Shown here: in pieces, positions 1 through 10,772 of the stretch
How positions within the stretch are numbered: position 1 is the stretch's first letter
How the letters are laid out: the number at the start of each line of letters is the position of its first letter
Origin: an uncultured bacterium
GTDB lineage: Bacteria; Chloroflexota; UBA5177; JANWHV01
Assembly: GCA_963827235.1 (NCBI GenBank)
Contig: CAWHAE010000005.1
Location: 1-64,000 of the forward strand
DNA: 64,000 nt
Reading direction: 5' to 3'
The notes under the pieces: model-generated
What the model saw: only the letters and a program-made list of their open reading frames with translations
Database searches by the model: none
Told to the model about the DNA's origin: nothing
Position numbers and translations under genes: made by a program

Positions 1-924
1 TTCCAGTACGACCTAATTCGTCTGCTTCGCTGGGGTCCTTATACAGTCTGGCAAGATGCGCGAGTGCCTCATCCGCGGACCGCTGACAGTAGGACCTCGA
101 TCATGTCATTCGGCGTAGAGGCGCCCACGGTCGTTATTGTGGGAAGACCATTTGTTAATGTCGCAAGTAGGCTGCCCCTGCGATGGCTGGCGCAATCTGG
201 ATCGGCAGATACGCAGCAAGAGAACTCGCCATCAACTCCGCGACCCTGTCAAACGGCGAATCTATGAGCCACTCAACTTCCGGGTTTGAGACCTCCCGTA
301 GGGCTTTATAATACTCTGCGCGTCTTTCCGAAACAGTTCCGATTACCCGATACCTAAACGGCATCGCAAGCTCAAGACTGCGCCGCGCCAATTCAAGAAA
401 CGCCTCAAGGCCTTTCTGAGGCCTTATCTGGCCAAAATACACAACAGTAGGAGTTCTCGGTAATTCCAACGGGAATGCCTGGACATTGCTCCCTATGTGG
501 ATGACTTGTTGCATGACTCGGGACTGCCCAAAGGCCGCGAGTTCCTCTTCCGCTGTAAACACTATACAGTCGGCGGTCGAACGGAACATCTGCGTAGAGG
601 CTCTTTGCAACATCGGTAGGGCGGAATACTCATGTAATGTCACTACCACTTTCTTTGCCACCCTCATCTTTCCAATGATATGTGGACACAGAGACCTGCG
701 ATTGCCAATGGAGGGATATTGGATGTGAAGTATGTCAACTTGACGCTGTCGGAGTTGCTCAGCGAAGCTCACGACGGACCTTACGCCCCAGTCGATGGGA
801 GCTAATACCTCCACACTGTGAAGCCTATGGTCGAAAGAGCGTCCCGAAGCCGCATGGCATAGTCTTTGACCCCGCAATGTTGTGTATGATTGTCGCCTAC
901 GATCAAGCCGATGCGTGGATTCAT
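1..924 (-). pseudogene. GT4-family glycosyltransferase, frameshifted (~815 and ~200); 3' end uncertain
   Basis: ATG at 924 gives MNPRIGLIVGDNHTQHCGVKDY; a second frame gives DILHIQYP, VTLHEY and YFGQIRPQKGLE; a third gives PDCASHRRGSLLATLTNGLP. Region is visibly AT-richer than the rest. Confidence 0.7.
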
Positions 925-1322
925 TTGACCGACACTTCTGGAATAGTAGCAAGGGACTCAAGACACCCTTTGCCACCATCACACAATTCTGAGGGAGGCG
1001 ACGCCTCCCCTGCAACGTAAGAGGAACTGCGGTTAGGAACTTGTTGAAAAACTATTGACTACTCGCGAAACCCAAAACAGGTGTCAGCCAAAATGCACAA
1101 GAAGCGATCGTGAGGCGCCAGTGATGGTTTTGGTAAGACCCATTCATGTCACGCCCGATCTCGTCCACATCCGTGGCCTTGTACGCCAGACGCCACTTCG
1201 ACGTATCTTCTCAGTCTGGACGAAGCGCTGCTTCAAAGTGAGATCCTCCAGCGCGGTCCGATATATTCTCTGGATACTGCTGCCAAGCGTGACGCTCTTC
1301 CACATATCGTCTTCCGGCCAGA

Positions 1323-3133
1323 GCCAAGCGCGTCCGAAGCGCCGACTCCAGCCGGCGCCACCCCCGGCTCGACGATGCCTCGGTAACTACGCTGGACCCG
1401 CCGTCGCGGCCTCTGATTGCCTTCGCCTCCGCGCGTGACCAGGCAGACCATCCGCTGGCGCGGCGGCTGCGCGAGCAGTTCGGCGAGGCGATTCTGGCCT
1501 CCAGCGACTTCCGGGGTGACCTCGCGATCACCGTGCAGCCGGACGTGCTCGTGCCCGTCTGCCAAACCCTGCGCGACGAGCCCGACCTGCATTTCGACAT
1601 GCTGCTGGACGTCTGCGGCGTGGACTACCTGACCCGGGCGGAGCGCTTCGACGTGGTCTACCACCTGTACTCGCTCGAGACCGCGCATCGGGTTCGCCTG
1701 AAGGTCCCACTGCCTGCGACGCGCCACAGGTGGACTCGGTGACCCCGATCTGGAAGGGTGCCAACTGGTTCGAGCGCGAGGTCTACGACCTCTACGGCGT
1801 CCGCTTCCGCGGCCATCCCGACTTGCGGCGCATCCTGACCCATGGCGGCTTCGGCGACGACCATCCCATGCGGCGCGACTACCCGCCCGGCCTACGTCGA
1901 CCCTTCGACCACCCCATCGAGATGCCGTTTGGCGAGCGCTCTCCTGCCGGTGACGTGCCGCCGCTGGACGTGCAGCCCACCATCCTCAACATCGGGCCCA
2001 CGCATCCGGCCATGCACGGTGCATTTCGCCTGATCGCCGACATGGAAGGGGAGATCATCAAGGAGGCGGACGTCGAGCTGGGTTACCTCCATCGCAACTT
2101 CGAGAAGATGGCGGAGACCCACACCTACTGGCAGGTGATCCCCTACTGCGATCGCCTCAACTACATGTCGAGCATGTGCAACAGCTCGGGCTTCGCCATG
2201 GCCGTGGAGAAGCTGCTGGGTATCACCATCCCCAAACGGGCCCAGTATCTCCGCGTGATCCTCAACGAGCTGAGCCGCATCATGGACCATGTCGTCTGCA
2301 TCGGCACCAACTTGCTGGATATGGGACTGATCAGCAGCTTCTTCTACCTCTGGAATCTGCGGGAAGAGATCTACGATCTGCTCGAAGAATGCTCCGGCGC
2401 CCGCATGATGGTCAGCTACGTGCGCATCGGCGGCCTGGCCGAGGAAGTGCCGGATGATTTCGTCGAGCGCGTGCGTGCCGTGCTCGAGCACGTGCCGCCT
2501 GTCCTCGACGAGACGGACCGGCTGATCACGCGCAGCGCGATCGCGCGCGAGCGCATGCGGGGCACGGGCGCTATCTCGCGTGAGGACGCCATTGCCTACG
2601 GCTATACCGGTCCCTGTCTGCGCGCCGCCGGTGTGCCCTACGACGTGCGGAAGGCGCACCCCTACTACGACTACGACCAGTTCGACTTCGCGATACCGGT
2701 CGGCACCACTGGGGACACCTTCGATCGCTTCCTGGTGCGCATGGAGGAGATACGCCAGAGCCTGCGTATCGTGCGGCAGGTGTTGGACAACCTGCCGGAT
2801 GGGCCGGTGATCGTGGACGACGTGCGCGTGGCGCTGCCGCCCAAGCATCGGGTCTACACCAATATCGAGGATCTGATGGCCCACTTCAAGCTGATCATGG
2901 AAGGCATTCGCGTGCCGCCGGGCGAGGTCTACGGCTATAGCGAGGCCGGCAATGGTGAGCTGGGCTTCTACATCGTCAGCGACGGCGGGAAGCGACCGTA
3001 CCGCATCAAGGTGCGGCCCCCCTGCTTTGCCATCTACCAGGCGTACTCCCAGATGCTGCGGGGCGCCATGGTCAGCGATGCCATCGCCATTATCGGCAGT
3101 CTGAACATCATCGCGGGGGAGTTGGACCGATGA
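1323..3133 (+). CDS. nuoCD: NADH-quinone oxidoreductase fused subunit C/D; 5'-truncated, frameshift ~1728
   Basis: Open frame without a start codon reads [24 protein letters not shown] (NuoC), then [13 protein letters not shown] and the NuoD motifs [25 protein letters not shown] and C-terminal GELDR. Confidence 0.9.
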
Positions 3134-3597
3134 GTCTGCTGTCCAGCCAGTCCGTCGCGCTGATCGAGGATCTGCGGCGCCGTGAGCCATCCGCGCAGTG
3201 CGTCTTGCTCACCGCGCTACGACTGACGCAACAGGAGCGCCACCGGGTCGGCGTGGAGGAAGTCGAGGCACTGGCCGCGCTGCTCGGCCTCTCGACGGCC
3301 ACCGTCGAGGGCGTGGCTCGCTTCTACGACCAGATCAGCCGCGAGCCGACCGGCAGCCATGTCCTCGCGCTCTGTCGCGGCATCGCCTGCTACCTGCGCG
3401 GTGCTGAAGCGCGGGCGGACGAGTTGCGCGCGGCGCTGGGGGCCGGCCCGAACGAGACCACGTCCGACGGACGCATCACCGTCAGGCTGGTGGAATGCGT
3501 GGGCGACTGCGACCATGCACCGGCCGTGATGCTCGACGACCAGTTCCTCGGCGCTGCCGCGGCTACCGGCGTGCATGCCGCGCTTGGCCGCACGTAG
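3130..3597 (+). CDS. nuoE: NADH-quinone oxidoreductase subunit E
   Basis: CRGIAC...CVGDC 2Fe-2S ligands; ATGA overlap with nuoD. Confidence 0.93.
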   Translation: MSLLSSQSVALIEDLRRREPSAQCVLLTALRLTQQERHRVGVEEVEALAALLGLSTATVEGVARFYDQISREPTGSHVLALCRGIACYLRGAEARADELRAALGAGPNETTSDGRITVRLVECVGDCDHAPAVMLDDQFLGAAAATGVHAALGRT

Positions 3598-3615
3598 GGG
3601 AGCGAGGAAACTCGA

Positions 3616-4983
3616 ATGGAACGGATCCTCACGCAGCATACCGACGACGATGGTCAGACGAGGCTGGCCGTGGCCAGGGAACACGGGGCCTATGAGGGCC
3701 TGCGCAAGGCGCTCACCATGACGCCGGCCGAGGTGACTGCCGAGGTCACTGCCTCCGGCCTGCGCGGACGGGGTGGTGCCGGCTTTCCCACGGGACGCAA
3801 GTGGAGCTTCATCCGCCCACAGCCCAACCAGGCAGTCTACCTGCTCTGCAACGCCGACGAAAGCGAGCCGGGTACCTTCAAGGATCGCTTCCTGATGGAG
3901 CACGACCCGCACCTAGTGATCGAGGGGCTGTGCATCGCCGCCTACGCCATCGGCGCACACGTCGTCTATGTCTACCTGCGGGGCGAATACGCCTCGGTCG
4001 CGCGTGTGCTCGAAGCGGCGCTGGCCGAGGCCAGAGAAGCAGGGATTCTGGGCCAAACCCTCCGGGACTCCTCATACGAGCTGAGCATCAGAGTCCAGCT
4101 CGGGGCCGGCGCCTATATCTGCGGTGAGGAGACCGGGCTGATCCAGTCGCTGGAGGGCAAGCGCGGCTACCCCCGCGTGCGCCCGCCCTTCCCGGCCGTG
4201 CACGGCTTCGTGCAGCAGCCGACGGTGGTCAACAATGTGGAGACACTGGCAAATCTGCCCTGGATCATGCTGCACGGTGGTGACGCATTCGCCCAGATCG
4301 GCACCCCACAGAGCAGCGGCACGAAGCTGATCAGCATCTGCGGGGCGGTGAACCGGCCGGGCGTCTACGAGGTGCCGATGGGCTACTCGCTGCGGGAGTT
4401 CCTGGCGCATGAGGCAGGCGGCATCCTGGATGGGGGAGCGTTCAAGGCTGTGATTCCTGGTGGGACCTCGGTGCCGATCCTGACCGCGCAGGAGGCGGAG
4501 GCAGTCAGCATCGATTTCGAGTCGATGCAGCGGGCGGGAACCATGCTGGGCAGCGGTGGCACGATCGTCTTCGACGAAAGGGCCTCGATGCCCCACGCCC
4601 TGGCCACCATCGCCGACTTCTACGCGCATGAATCGTGCGGCGAATGTACGCCCTGCCGCGAAGGCACAGGGTGGTTCAGCTGGATTATTGCTCGGCTGCT
4701 GGCCGGCGAGGGACGGCCGAACGACCTGGATCAACTGTTGCGCATCTGCGACAACGTGGAAGGCCGCACCATCTGCGGCCTGGGCGACGCCGCCGTGCAG
4801 CCGGTTCGCAGCTTCATCACTAAGTTCCGGCCGGAGTTCGAGGCGCTCTTGCCCACGACCAAGGATGCGCGGCCGGATTGGCAGCGGCATGGCCACGGGC
4901 CGCGTACGGCACGCTTTGAGGCGCCTTCCGAGGAGGCGGCGCATTCCGAGCCTGTGGCTGGCCTGCCCTCGGCAAGGCTCTAG
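3616..4983 (+). CDS. nuoF: NADH-quinone oxidoreductase subunit F
   Basis: GLRGRGGAGFPTG, NADESEPGTFKDR, YICGEET, CGECTPCREG..C. Confidence 0.96.
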   Translation: MERILTQHTDDDGQTRLAVAREHGAYEGLRKALTMTPAEVTAEVTASGLRGRGGAGFPTGRKWSFIRPQPNQAVYLLCNADESEPGTFKDRFLMEHDPHLVIEGLCIAAYAIGAHVVYVYLRGEYASVARVLEAALAEAREAGILGQTLRDSSYELSIRVQLGAGAYICGEETGLIQSLEGKRGYPRVRPPFPAVHGFVQQPTVVNNVETLANLPWIMLHGGDAFAQIGTPQSSGTKLISICGAVNRPGVYEVPMGYSLREFLAHEAGGILDGGAFKAVIPGGTSVPILTAQEAEAVSIDFESMQRAGTMLGSGGTIVFDERASMPHALATIADFYAHESCGECTPCREGTGWFSWIIARLLAGEGRPNDLDQLLRICDNVEGRTICGLGDAAVQPVRSFITKFRPEFEALLPTTKDARPDWQRHGHGPRTARFEAPSEEAAHSEPVAGLPSARL

Positions 4984-5010
4984 CGAGATCAGGCAAGGAG
5001 GGACACGCCG

Positions 5011-6678
5011 ATGCCGATGGTGACGATCGACGATCAGCCGCTCGAGGTCGAGCCCGGCGCCCTGATCATCCAGGCGGCCGATCGGCTGGGCATCGAGGTG
5101 CCGCGCTTCTGCTACCATCCCGACCTGCGTCCGGAAGGGAACTGCCGCATGTGTCTGGTGGCGGTGCAGGGCTTTCCGCGACTGGTCGTGGCGTGCACAA
5201 CGCCCGTGGTGGACGGCATGGTGGTCAGGACGCCGCACACCAGCGAGCAGGCCCGCGCGGCGGTGCGCGGCGTGCTGGAGTTCCTGCTGGTCAATCACCC
5301 GCTCGACTGCCCGATCTGCGATCAGGCGGGCGAGTGCTCGCTGCAGGATTTCTACATGCACCCCGACTACGGCCTGCATCGCAGCCAGGTCGATCCGGAG
5401 GAGAAGGTGCGCAAGCGCAAGGCGATAGACCTTGGCCCGATGATCGTCCTCGACTCAGAGCGCTGCGTGCTGTGTTCGCGCTGCGTGCGCTTCTCCGCCG
5501 AGGTGACGGGCACCGCGGAGCTGCAGTTCGTCAATCGCGGCAATCGCGTGGAGCTCAAAGCGTTCGAGGATCGCGTGCTGCAGGATCCATACGCCGGCAA
5601 CCTGGCGGACATCTGCCCTGTGGGGGCGCTGACCAGCAAGGATTTCCGCTTCAAGTGCCGCGTCTGGCACCTGCACCACACCGACTCTATCTGCGCCGGC
5701 TGCAGCACGGGCTGCAATCTGCGCATCGATCAGCTCGGGGGCAGGATTCAGCGCCTGGTGCCACGACGCAATCCGGCGGTGAACCAGAGCTGGCTGTGCG
5801 ACGAGGGGCGGATGAGCTTCAAGGCGCTGAACGCAATGCCGCGCCTCCTCCACCCGAGGCTGCAGCGCGACGGTGCCGTCGAGGAGACGAGCTGGGACGC
5901 GGCATTGGTCGCGGCGCATGGCGGTCTGTGCGCCATCCGACGGCCCGGCTCGATTCCCGCGCTGGCCGCACTGGCCTCCGTCTCCGCGACCAACGAGGCG
6001 CTCCTGCTCTTCAAGCGGTACGTGACGGAAGCGTTCACGGCGCCGTTGCTCGATTGCCGGCTTGGCAACGAGGACCAGGTGGTCGACCAGCGCGAGGACC
6101 AGTTGCTGCGCCGGCGCGACAAGCATCCGAACACGCGCGGGGCGCTGCTGCTCGGCCTGGCGGTCGCGCAGCATGGCGGTCTGCACCAGATGCTAGAGCA
6201 GGCTCGCGCGGGGGGACTCGACGCAGTACTGCTCCACTACTATCCGCCGCTGGTCCAGCAGGAAGACCCGGCGACGCTCGCCATGTTGGGCGCGTTCCTC
6301 GAGGCCGTGCCGTTCAGCGTGGTGTTGACCACGCATGAGGCGGAATGGCTCCGTCCGGCATCGGTGCTGCTGCCTATCGCCGCGTGGAGCGAGGAAGAGG
6401 GGACCTACACCAACTTTGCTGGGGTGGTCCAGCAGGTGGGAAGGGCGCTGGCACCGCCGGGAGAAGCGCGCCCGGCAAGGGAGGTCCTGGCGACACTGCT
6501 GGCCCTGGCGGGCCGCTCTGCCGGTGCCCCTGGACCGGCCGAGGCGTTCCGCGAGGTAGCGGCAACGGTGCCGGCCTACGCCGACTTGTCGTATCAGCGC
6601 CTAGCCAGCCGTGCTGCCGGCGTGTATCCGCCGGAAGGGAGACTGCCCTATGGCCAAGAAGGATTTGCCGGTCATTGA
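5011..6678 (+). CDS. nuoG: NADH-quinone oxidoreductase subunit G (short, 555 aa)
   Basis: CYHP..GNCRMC..C, HPLDCPICDQAGEC, CVLCSRC..CP, CAGCSTGC..C; RBS AAGGAGG. Confidence 0.92.
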   Translation: MPMVTIDDQPLEVEPGALIIQAADRLGIEVPRFCYHPDLRPEGNCRMCLVAVQGFPRLVVACTTPVVDGMVVRTPHTSEQARAAVRGVLEFLLVNHPLDCPICDQAGECSLQDFYMHPDYGLHRSQVDPEEKVRKRKAIDLGPMIVLDSERCVLCSRCVRFSAEVTGTAELQFVNRGNRVELKAFEDRVLQDPYAGNLADICPVGALTSKDFRFKCRVWHLHHTDSICAGCSTGCNLRIDQLGGRIQRLVPRRNPAVNQSWLCDEGRMSFKALNAMPRLLHPRLQRDGAVEETSWDAALVAAHGGLCAIRRPGSIPALAALASVSATNEALLLFKRYVTEAFTAPLLDCRLGNEDQVVDQREDQLLRRRDKHPNTRGALLLGLAVAQHGGLHQMLEQARAGGLDAVLLHYYPPLVQQEDPATLAMLGAFLEAVPFSVVLTTHEAEWLRPASVLLPIAAWSEEEGTYTNFAGVVQQVGRALAPPGEARPAREVLATLLALAGRSAGAPGPAEAFREVAATVPAYADLSYQRLASRAAGVYPPEGRLPYGQEGFAGH

Positions 6679-7261
6679 CGTGACCGCCGCCGCGGACGCG
6701 GGGCCGGGTGTGCTGCCCGGCACGGGCGGCGCCCTCGCCGGGATGGAGGTCACGCTCAAGCGCATGGTGCGCCAGGTGCTGGGCAAGGAGCACGTGACCA
6801 TCCAGTATCCGGAGCAGCGCAAGCCCTATTCGCGCCGCTTTCGCGGCGTCCACGTGCTGACGCAGCGTGCCGACGGCAGGCTCAAGTGCGTGGCCTGCTA
6901 CCTGTGCGAGACAGCCTGTCCGGCCGAATGCATCACCATCGAGGCGGCGGAAGTGCCGGATAAGAGCGTCGAGAAGGTCGCTTCGCGCTACGAGATCGAC
7001 CTCTCGCGCTGCATCTTCTGTGGCTTCTGCGTGGATGCCTGCCCGGAGGAAGCCTTGGTCATGAGCCGCGAGTATGACCTCACCACGTTCGAACGCGATG
7101 GCCAGACCACCTACGGCATTGGCAAGCTGACGGAGCGCCCGGAGATCGAGGCCTATGGCGCGGGCTACCGGCCGCATATGCAGTATCCCCTGGTGGAGAG
7201 CTATCTGCCCGGCCACCAGCCGGAGGAGACGAGCGACCAGGAACCAACCGAAAGGAGTTGA
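6650..7261 (+). CDS. nuoI: NADH-quinone oxidoreductase subunit I
   Basis: TIQYPE, RFRG, CVACYLCETACP and CIFCGFCVDACP. Confidence 0.93.
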   Translation: MAKKDLPVIDVTAAADAGPGVLPGTGGALAGMEVTLKRMVRQVLGKEHVTIQYPEQRKPYSRRFRGVHVLTQRADGRLKCVACYLCETACPAECITIEAAEVPDKSVEKVASRYEIDLSRCIFCGFCVDACPEEALVMSREYDLTTFERDGQTTYGIGKLTERPEIEAYGAGYRPHMQYPLVESYLPGHQPEETSDQEPTERS

Positions 7262-7264
7262 GCG

Positions 7265-7945
7265 ATGGCTGAGCCCGAGCTACCCGAGCTGTGGGAGTGG
7301 GCGGAATACTACTGCCCCTGGTGCTACATCACGACGGTGCGCCTGCATGCCGTCAAGCCCGAGTATGAGGGCCGTGTGCGGCTCCGCGTGCGGCCCTTCC
7401 CCCTTGAGGTCGTGGGCGGGGAGGCGGCGCCCCGCGACATCCTGGAGCAGGAGTGGTGGCTGGCCGCACAACAGGAGCCCCTGGCCACCTTCGTGCCGTA
7501 TACCGCAGCCACCTGGCCCAGTACGACGCTGCCGGCGATCGAGGCAGTCTGGTGCGTGTCCCGGCTCAGCCCGGCCAGCATCTATGACTTCGACTTGAGC
7601 GTACGGCGTGCTTTCTTCGGGCAGAGCCGCGACATCAGCCAGCGGGACGTTCTCCTCGACCTGGTGAGAGAGGCCGGGGTGGACGTCGCGGCGTTCACGC
7701 GCTTGTTCGACAGCGGCGAAGCCAGGGAGCAGATCGTGGCCGAGGGGCGTCTCGGCCGGCAGCAGTATGGTGTGCGCGGCACGCCAACGCTCATGCTGGC
7801 CGACGGCACGAAGCTGGATCCACCCATCGGCGAGCCCAGGTTCCGCCAACGCAAGATCGTGGCCGTGACGCCGGTGCCCTGCAACGGCAGCGGTTGCCTG
7901 GAGGCCACGCGTAAGCTCTTCGAGCGCGCGCTGCATCCCGCATAG
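7265..7945 (+). CDS. DsbA/FrnE-like thioredoxin-fold protein
   Basis: CPWC near the N-terminus, GVRGTPT cis-Pro motif, extra C-terminal CxxxxC. Confidence 0.8.
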   Translation: MAEPELPELWEWAEYYCPWCYITTVRLHAVKPEYEGRVRLRVRPFPLEVVGGEAAPRDILEQEWWLAAQQEPLATFVPYTAATWPSTTLPAIEAVWCVSRLSPASIYDFDLSVRRAFFGQSRDISQRDVLLDLVREAGVDVAAFTRLFDSGEAREQIVAEGRLGRQQYGVRGTPTLMLADGTKLDPPIGEPRFRQRKIVAVTPVPCNGSGCLEATRKLFERALHPA

Positions 7946-7970
7946 GGCCGTAGGCGCGCGGCGCTCTACC

Positions 7971-9032
7971 GTGCCCCTTCCGCTATCCATGACAGGCTCC
8001 GAGGGACAAGCAGTGCAGAGACCCCGCATGCTGACCGGCGACCGGCCCACCGGCCGCCTGCACCTGGGACACTACGTCGGCACGCTCAAGAACCGCGTCG
8101 TGTACCAACACGACTATGACTGCTTCTTCATCATCGCCGACCTGCACATGCTGACGACGCGGCAGCGGCCCGAGCAGATCCGCGAGTCCGCCATGCTGGC
8201 CCGGGACCTGGCGCTCGACGCTATCGCCGCCGGCATTGATCCCAAGGTCGTCACGTTCTACCTGCAGTCGGCGATTTCGGAGACGTGCGAGCTCTACACG
8301 CTGCTGCAGAATCTCGTCTCGGTCGCGCGCCTGCAGCGCATCCCCTCGCTCAAGGAGATGGCCCGTGCGGCGGGTATCGAGATGCCCTTCGGGCTGCTCG
8401 GCTATCCCGTGCTGCAAGCTGCCGACATCCTCGGCGTGCGCGGCCACGTGGTGCCGGTGGGCAAGGACAACCAGGCCCACGTGGAGGTGGCGCGCGAGAT
8501 CGCGCGGCGCTTCAACGAGCTCTACGGCGAGGTGTTTCCCGTTCCCACCTACGTGGCCGGCGCGGCGCCCACGCTGGTCGGCACCGACGGCCGGCAGAAG
8601 ATGAGCAAGAGCCTGGACAACGCCATCTTCCTGAGCGACCCGCCGAACGAGGTGAAGCGGAAGGTGATGGGCATGTACACGGACCCCAAGCGCGTTCGTG
8701 CCGATGTGCCAGGCACCGTGGAGGGCAACCCGGTCTTCATCTACCACGAACTGTTCAATCCGGATCGGGCCGAGGTCGAGGAGCTGCGAGCGCGCTACCG
8801 CGCCGGCAGGGTGGGCGACGTGGAAGTGAAGCAGAAGCTTGCAGCCGCGATTAACATCATGCTGGAACCGATGCGGGTGCGACGCGAGCAGTATGACGTG
8901 CCGGGCCTTGTCGAAGATCTCATCCGGGGTGGCACGGAGCGCGCCCGGACGGAGATCGTCCAGACGTTGCAGGCCGCTCGCGACGCCATGGGCCTGACCG
9001 TAGTCTCGGACGTCCTGTTTCGACCGGCCTGA
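7971..9032 (+). CDS. trpS: Tryptophanyl-tRNA synthetase
   Basis: TGDRPTGRLHLGH, YPVLQAADIL, VPVGKDN, KMSKS; start may be ATG 7989. Confidence 0.95.
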   Translation: MPLPLSMTGSEGQAVQRPRMLTGDRPTGRLHLGHYVGTLKNRVVYQHDYDCFFIIADLHMLTTRQRPEQIRESAMLARDLALDAIAAGIDPKVVTFYLQSAISETCELYTLLQNLVSVARLQRIPSLKEMARAAGIEMPFGLLGYPVLQAADILGVRGHVVPVGKDNQAHVEVAREIARRFNELYGEVFPVPTYVAGAAPTLVGTDGRQKMSKSLDNAIFLSDPPNEVKRKVMGMYTDPKRVRADVPGTVEGNPVFIYHELFNPDRAEVEELRARYRAGRVGDVEVKQKLAAAINIMLEPMRVRREQYDVPGLVEDLIRGGTERARTEIVQTLQAARDAMGLTVVSDVLFRPA

Positions 9033-9048
9033 GCGGCGCGCCGGCGCG

Positions 9049-9091
9049 TGTGACTTTCATCACAGCCAGGCACAGCACCGCCGCCTATTGT
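9049..9091 (+). promoter_or_regulatory. CRP/FNR-type box plus -10 hexamer
   Basis: TGTGA-CTTTCA-TCACA (9049-9064), 21 nt, TATTGT (9086-9091). Confidence 0.75.
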
Positions 9092-9159
9092 GGAGTAGAA
9101 GCAGCCGTTACTGTTCTTGCTGATAGGGCGCCGGTAGGCCAGCCGGAGAGGGGGTGTAG

Positions 9160-10512
9160 GTGGCTCCAGGGATTCGCGCGCACGCCGGATCTGTTGCGCC
9201 GCCACGGATGTTCGGGGCGTTCTCGGGCGCGGCGAAGGCAGATGTGTCGGCCGTACCGCTCTGGTACTTGTGCACGTCGGTCGCCTCCCTGGTGCTGGTC
9301 TGCAGCGGCCTCGTCGCGCTGGCTCCGGACGCGGTGGCCAGCACGTTGGTGCCGCACATGCTCGCCCTGATCCATGTGGCCACGCTCGGCATGCTCACCA
9401 CCGCCATTATGGGCGCGCTCTGGCAGCTGCTGCCGGTCATCCTGGTGGTGCCCGCACCCGGCACCCGCCTAAGCAAGGCCCACTTTCTCACCTGGCTGGC
9501 CGGCGTGGCCATCGTGGTCACGGGCTTCTGGCAGAGCTGGTGGCAGGGCCTGGCCATCGGCGGCAGCGTCGTCGTGCTCGACGTGCTCGTCTTCGCGGCA
9601 GCCATGCTGTGGCTCATCGTGCGGGCACCGCGCCGGTCGCTGAGCGCCTACTACATCGGCACCGGGCTGGTCTACCTGCTGCGTGTCGTGGCCGGCGGAC
9701 TGAGTCTCGTCGTGAACGAGCAGACAGGCTTCCTGGGCAGCCACACCTTCGACGTGTTGCCCGCACACGTGATGCTCGGCTTCGCTGGCTGGGGGCTTCA
9801 GATCGTGTTCGGCGTCTCCTATAAGCTGGCGCCGATGTTCGCCCTGGCACACGTGCGCGACGAGCGGCCGGGATGGCTGTGCTGGGGTCTGCTAAACGGC
9901 GGCCTGATCGCGCTCGCCGTGGGTCTACTTGCGGGCTGGCCGACCTCCGTGTGCCTCGTGCCGGCCGGGCTGATCCTGGCAGCCGTGCTCGTGTTTGCCG
10001 TCGACCTCCTGCGCATCCTGCGCGCTCGCACGCGGCGGAGCGCGGATCCCACGCGGTGGCATGCCCTCGGCGGTCTCGCGTTCCTGCTCGCCGCCCTGCT
10101 CGGCGGCATCGGCTACGCGCTTTCGGGGTCGAGCTACTGGTGGCTGGACGGGCAGGCCGCGACAGTGCTGGGCGTGCTGGTGCTGCTCGGCTTCCTCGCG
10201 CAGACCATCGTGGGCTACGCCTACAAGATCGTGCCGTTCCTGGTCTGGAACCGGCGCTACGCCCCGCTCATCGGCAGGACCCGCGTGCCGATGATGCAGG
10301 ACCTCATCAGCAAGCGCCTGGCCTGGGCAACGCTTGGCCTCTATAACGGCGGCTTGATCATGCTGCTGGCAGCCGTGCTGTGGGATCACGACCTGATCAC
10401 GGCTGCGTCCATTCCACTCGCCGCGTCCACCTGGGTGTTCGCGGCCAATCTGGCGGCGGTCTTCCGCCCCCGTGTGAAAGGTATGACCGATGGGCAACGA
10501 CACGGCATTTGA
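9160..10512 (+). CDS. Multi-pass membrane protein with repeated His/Gly/Pro units (heme-copper oxidase subunit I/NnrS-like pattern), function unknown
   Basis: About 12 hydrophobic segments; HVATLG..MGALWQLLP, HVMLGFAGW..GVSYKLAPMF, GYAYKIVPFLVW. Confidence 0.75.
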   Translation: MAPGIRAHAGSVAPPRMFGAFSGAAKADVSAVPLWYLCTSVASLVLVCSGLVALAPDAVASTLVPHMLALIHVATLGMLTTAIMGALWQLLPVILVVPAPGTRLSKAHFLTWLAGVAIVVTGFWQSWWQGLAIGGSVVVLDVLVFAAAMLWLIVRAPRRSLSAYYIGTGLVYLLRVVAGGLSLVVNEQTGFLGSHTFDVLPAHVMLGFAGWGLQIVFGVSYKLAPMFALAHVRDERPGWLCWGLLNGGLIALAVGLLAGWPTSVCLVPAGLILAAVLVFAVDLLRILRARTRRSADPTRWHALGGLAFLLAALLGGIGYALSGSSYWWLDGQAATVLGVLVLLGFLAQTIVGYAYKIVPFLVWNRRYAPLIGRTRVPMMQDLISKRLAWATLGLYNGGLIMLLAAVLWDHDLITAASIPLAASTWVFAANLAAVFRPRVKGMTDGQRHGI

Positions 10513-10741
10513 TCTCGACGTACGGGCGCTGGCGCCGCGCGAACGGCACCCGCTGATCTTCGCCAAGCTCGCTGAGCTGGCAGCCGGCGAGCACCTGCGA
10601 CTGATCAACGACCACGATCCAAAGCCGCTCTTCTACCAGATCCAGGCAGAGCAGCCGGATCGCTTTACATGGACGCCGGAAGAGACGGGCCCTGAGCGCT
10701 GGGTGATTCGCATCACGCGAACCGGCATCCAGCCGGCCTAA
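10490..10741 (+). CDS. DUF2249 domain protein
   Basis: LDVRALAPRERHPLIF..L..GE..LINDHDPKPL. Confidence 0.85.
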   Translation: MGNDTAFDLDVRALAPRERHPLIFAKLAELAAGEHLRLINDHDPKPLFYQIQAEQPDRFTWTPEETGPERWVIRITRTGIQPA

Positions 10742-10772
10742 CATGGGGCGCCGAAAGGTGAGGGACGATGCG

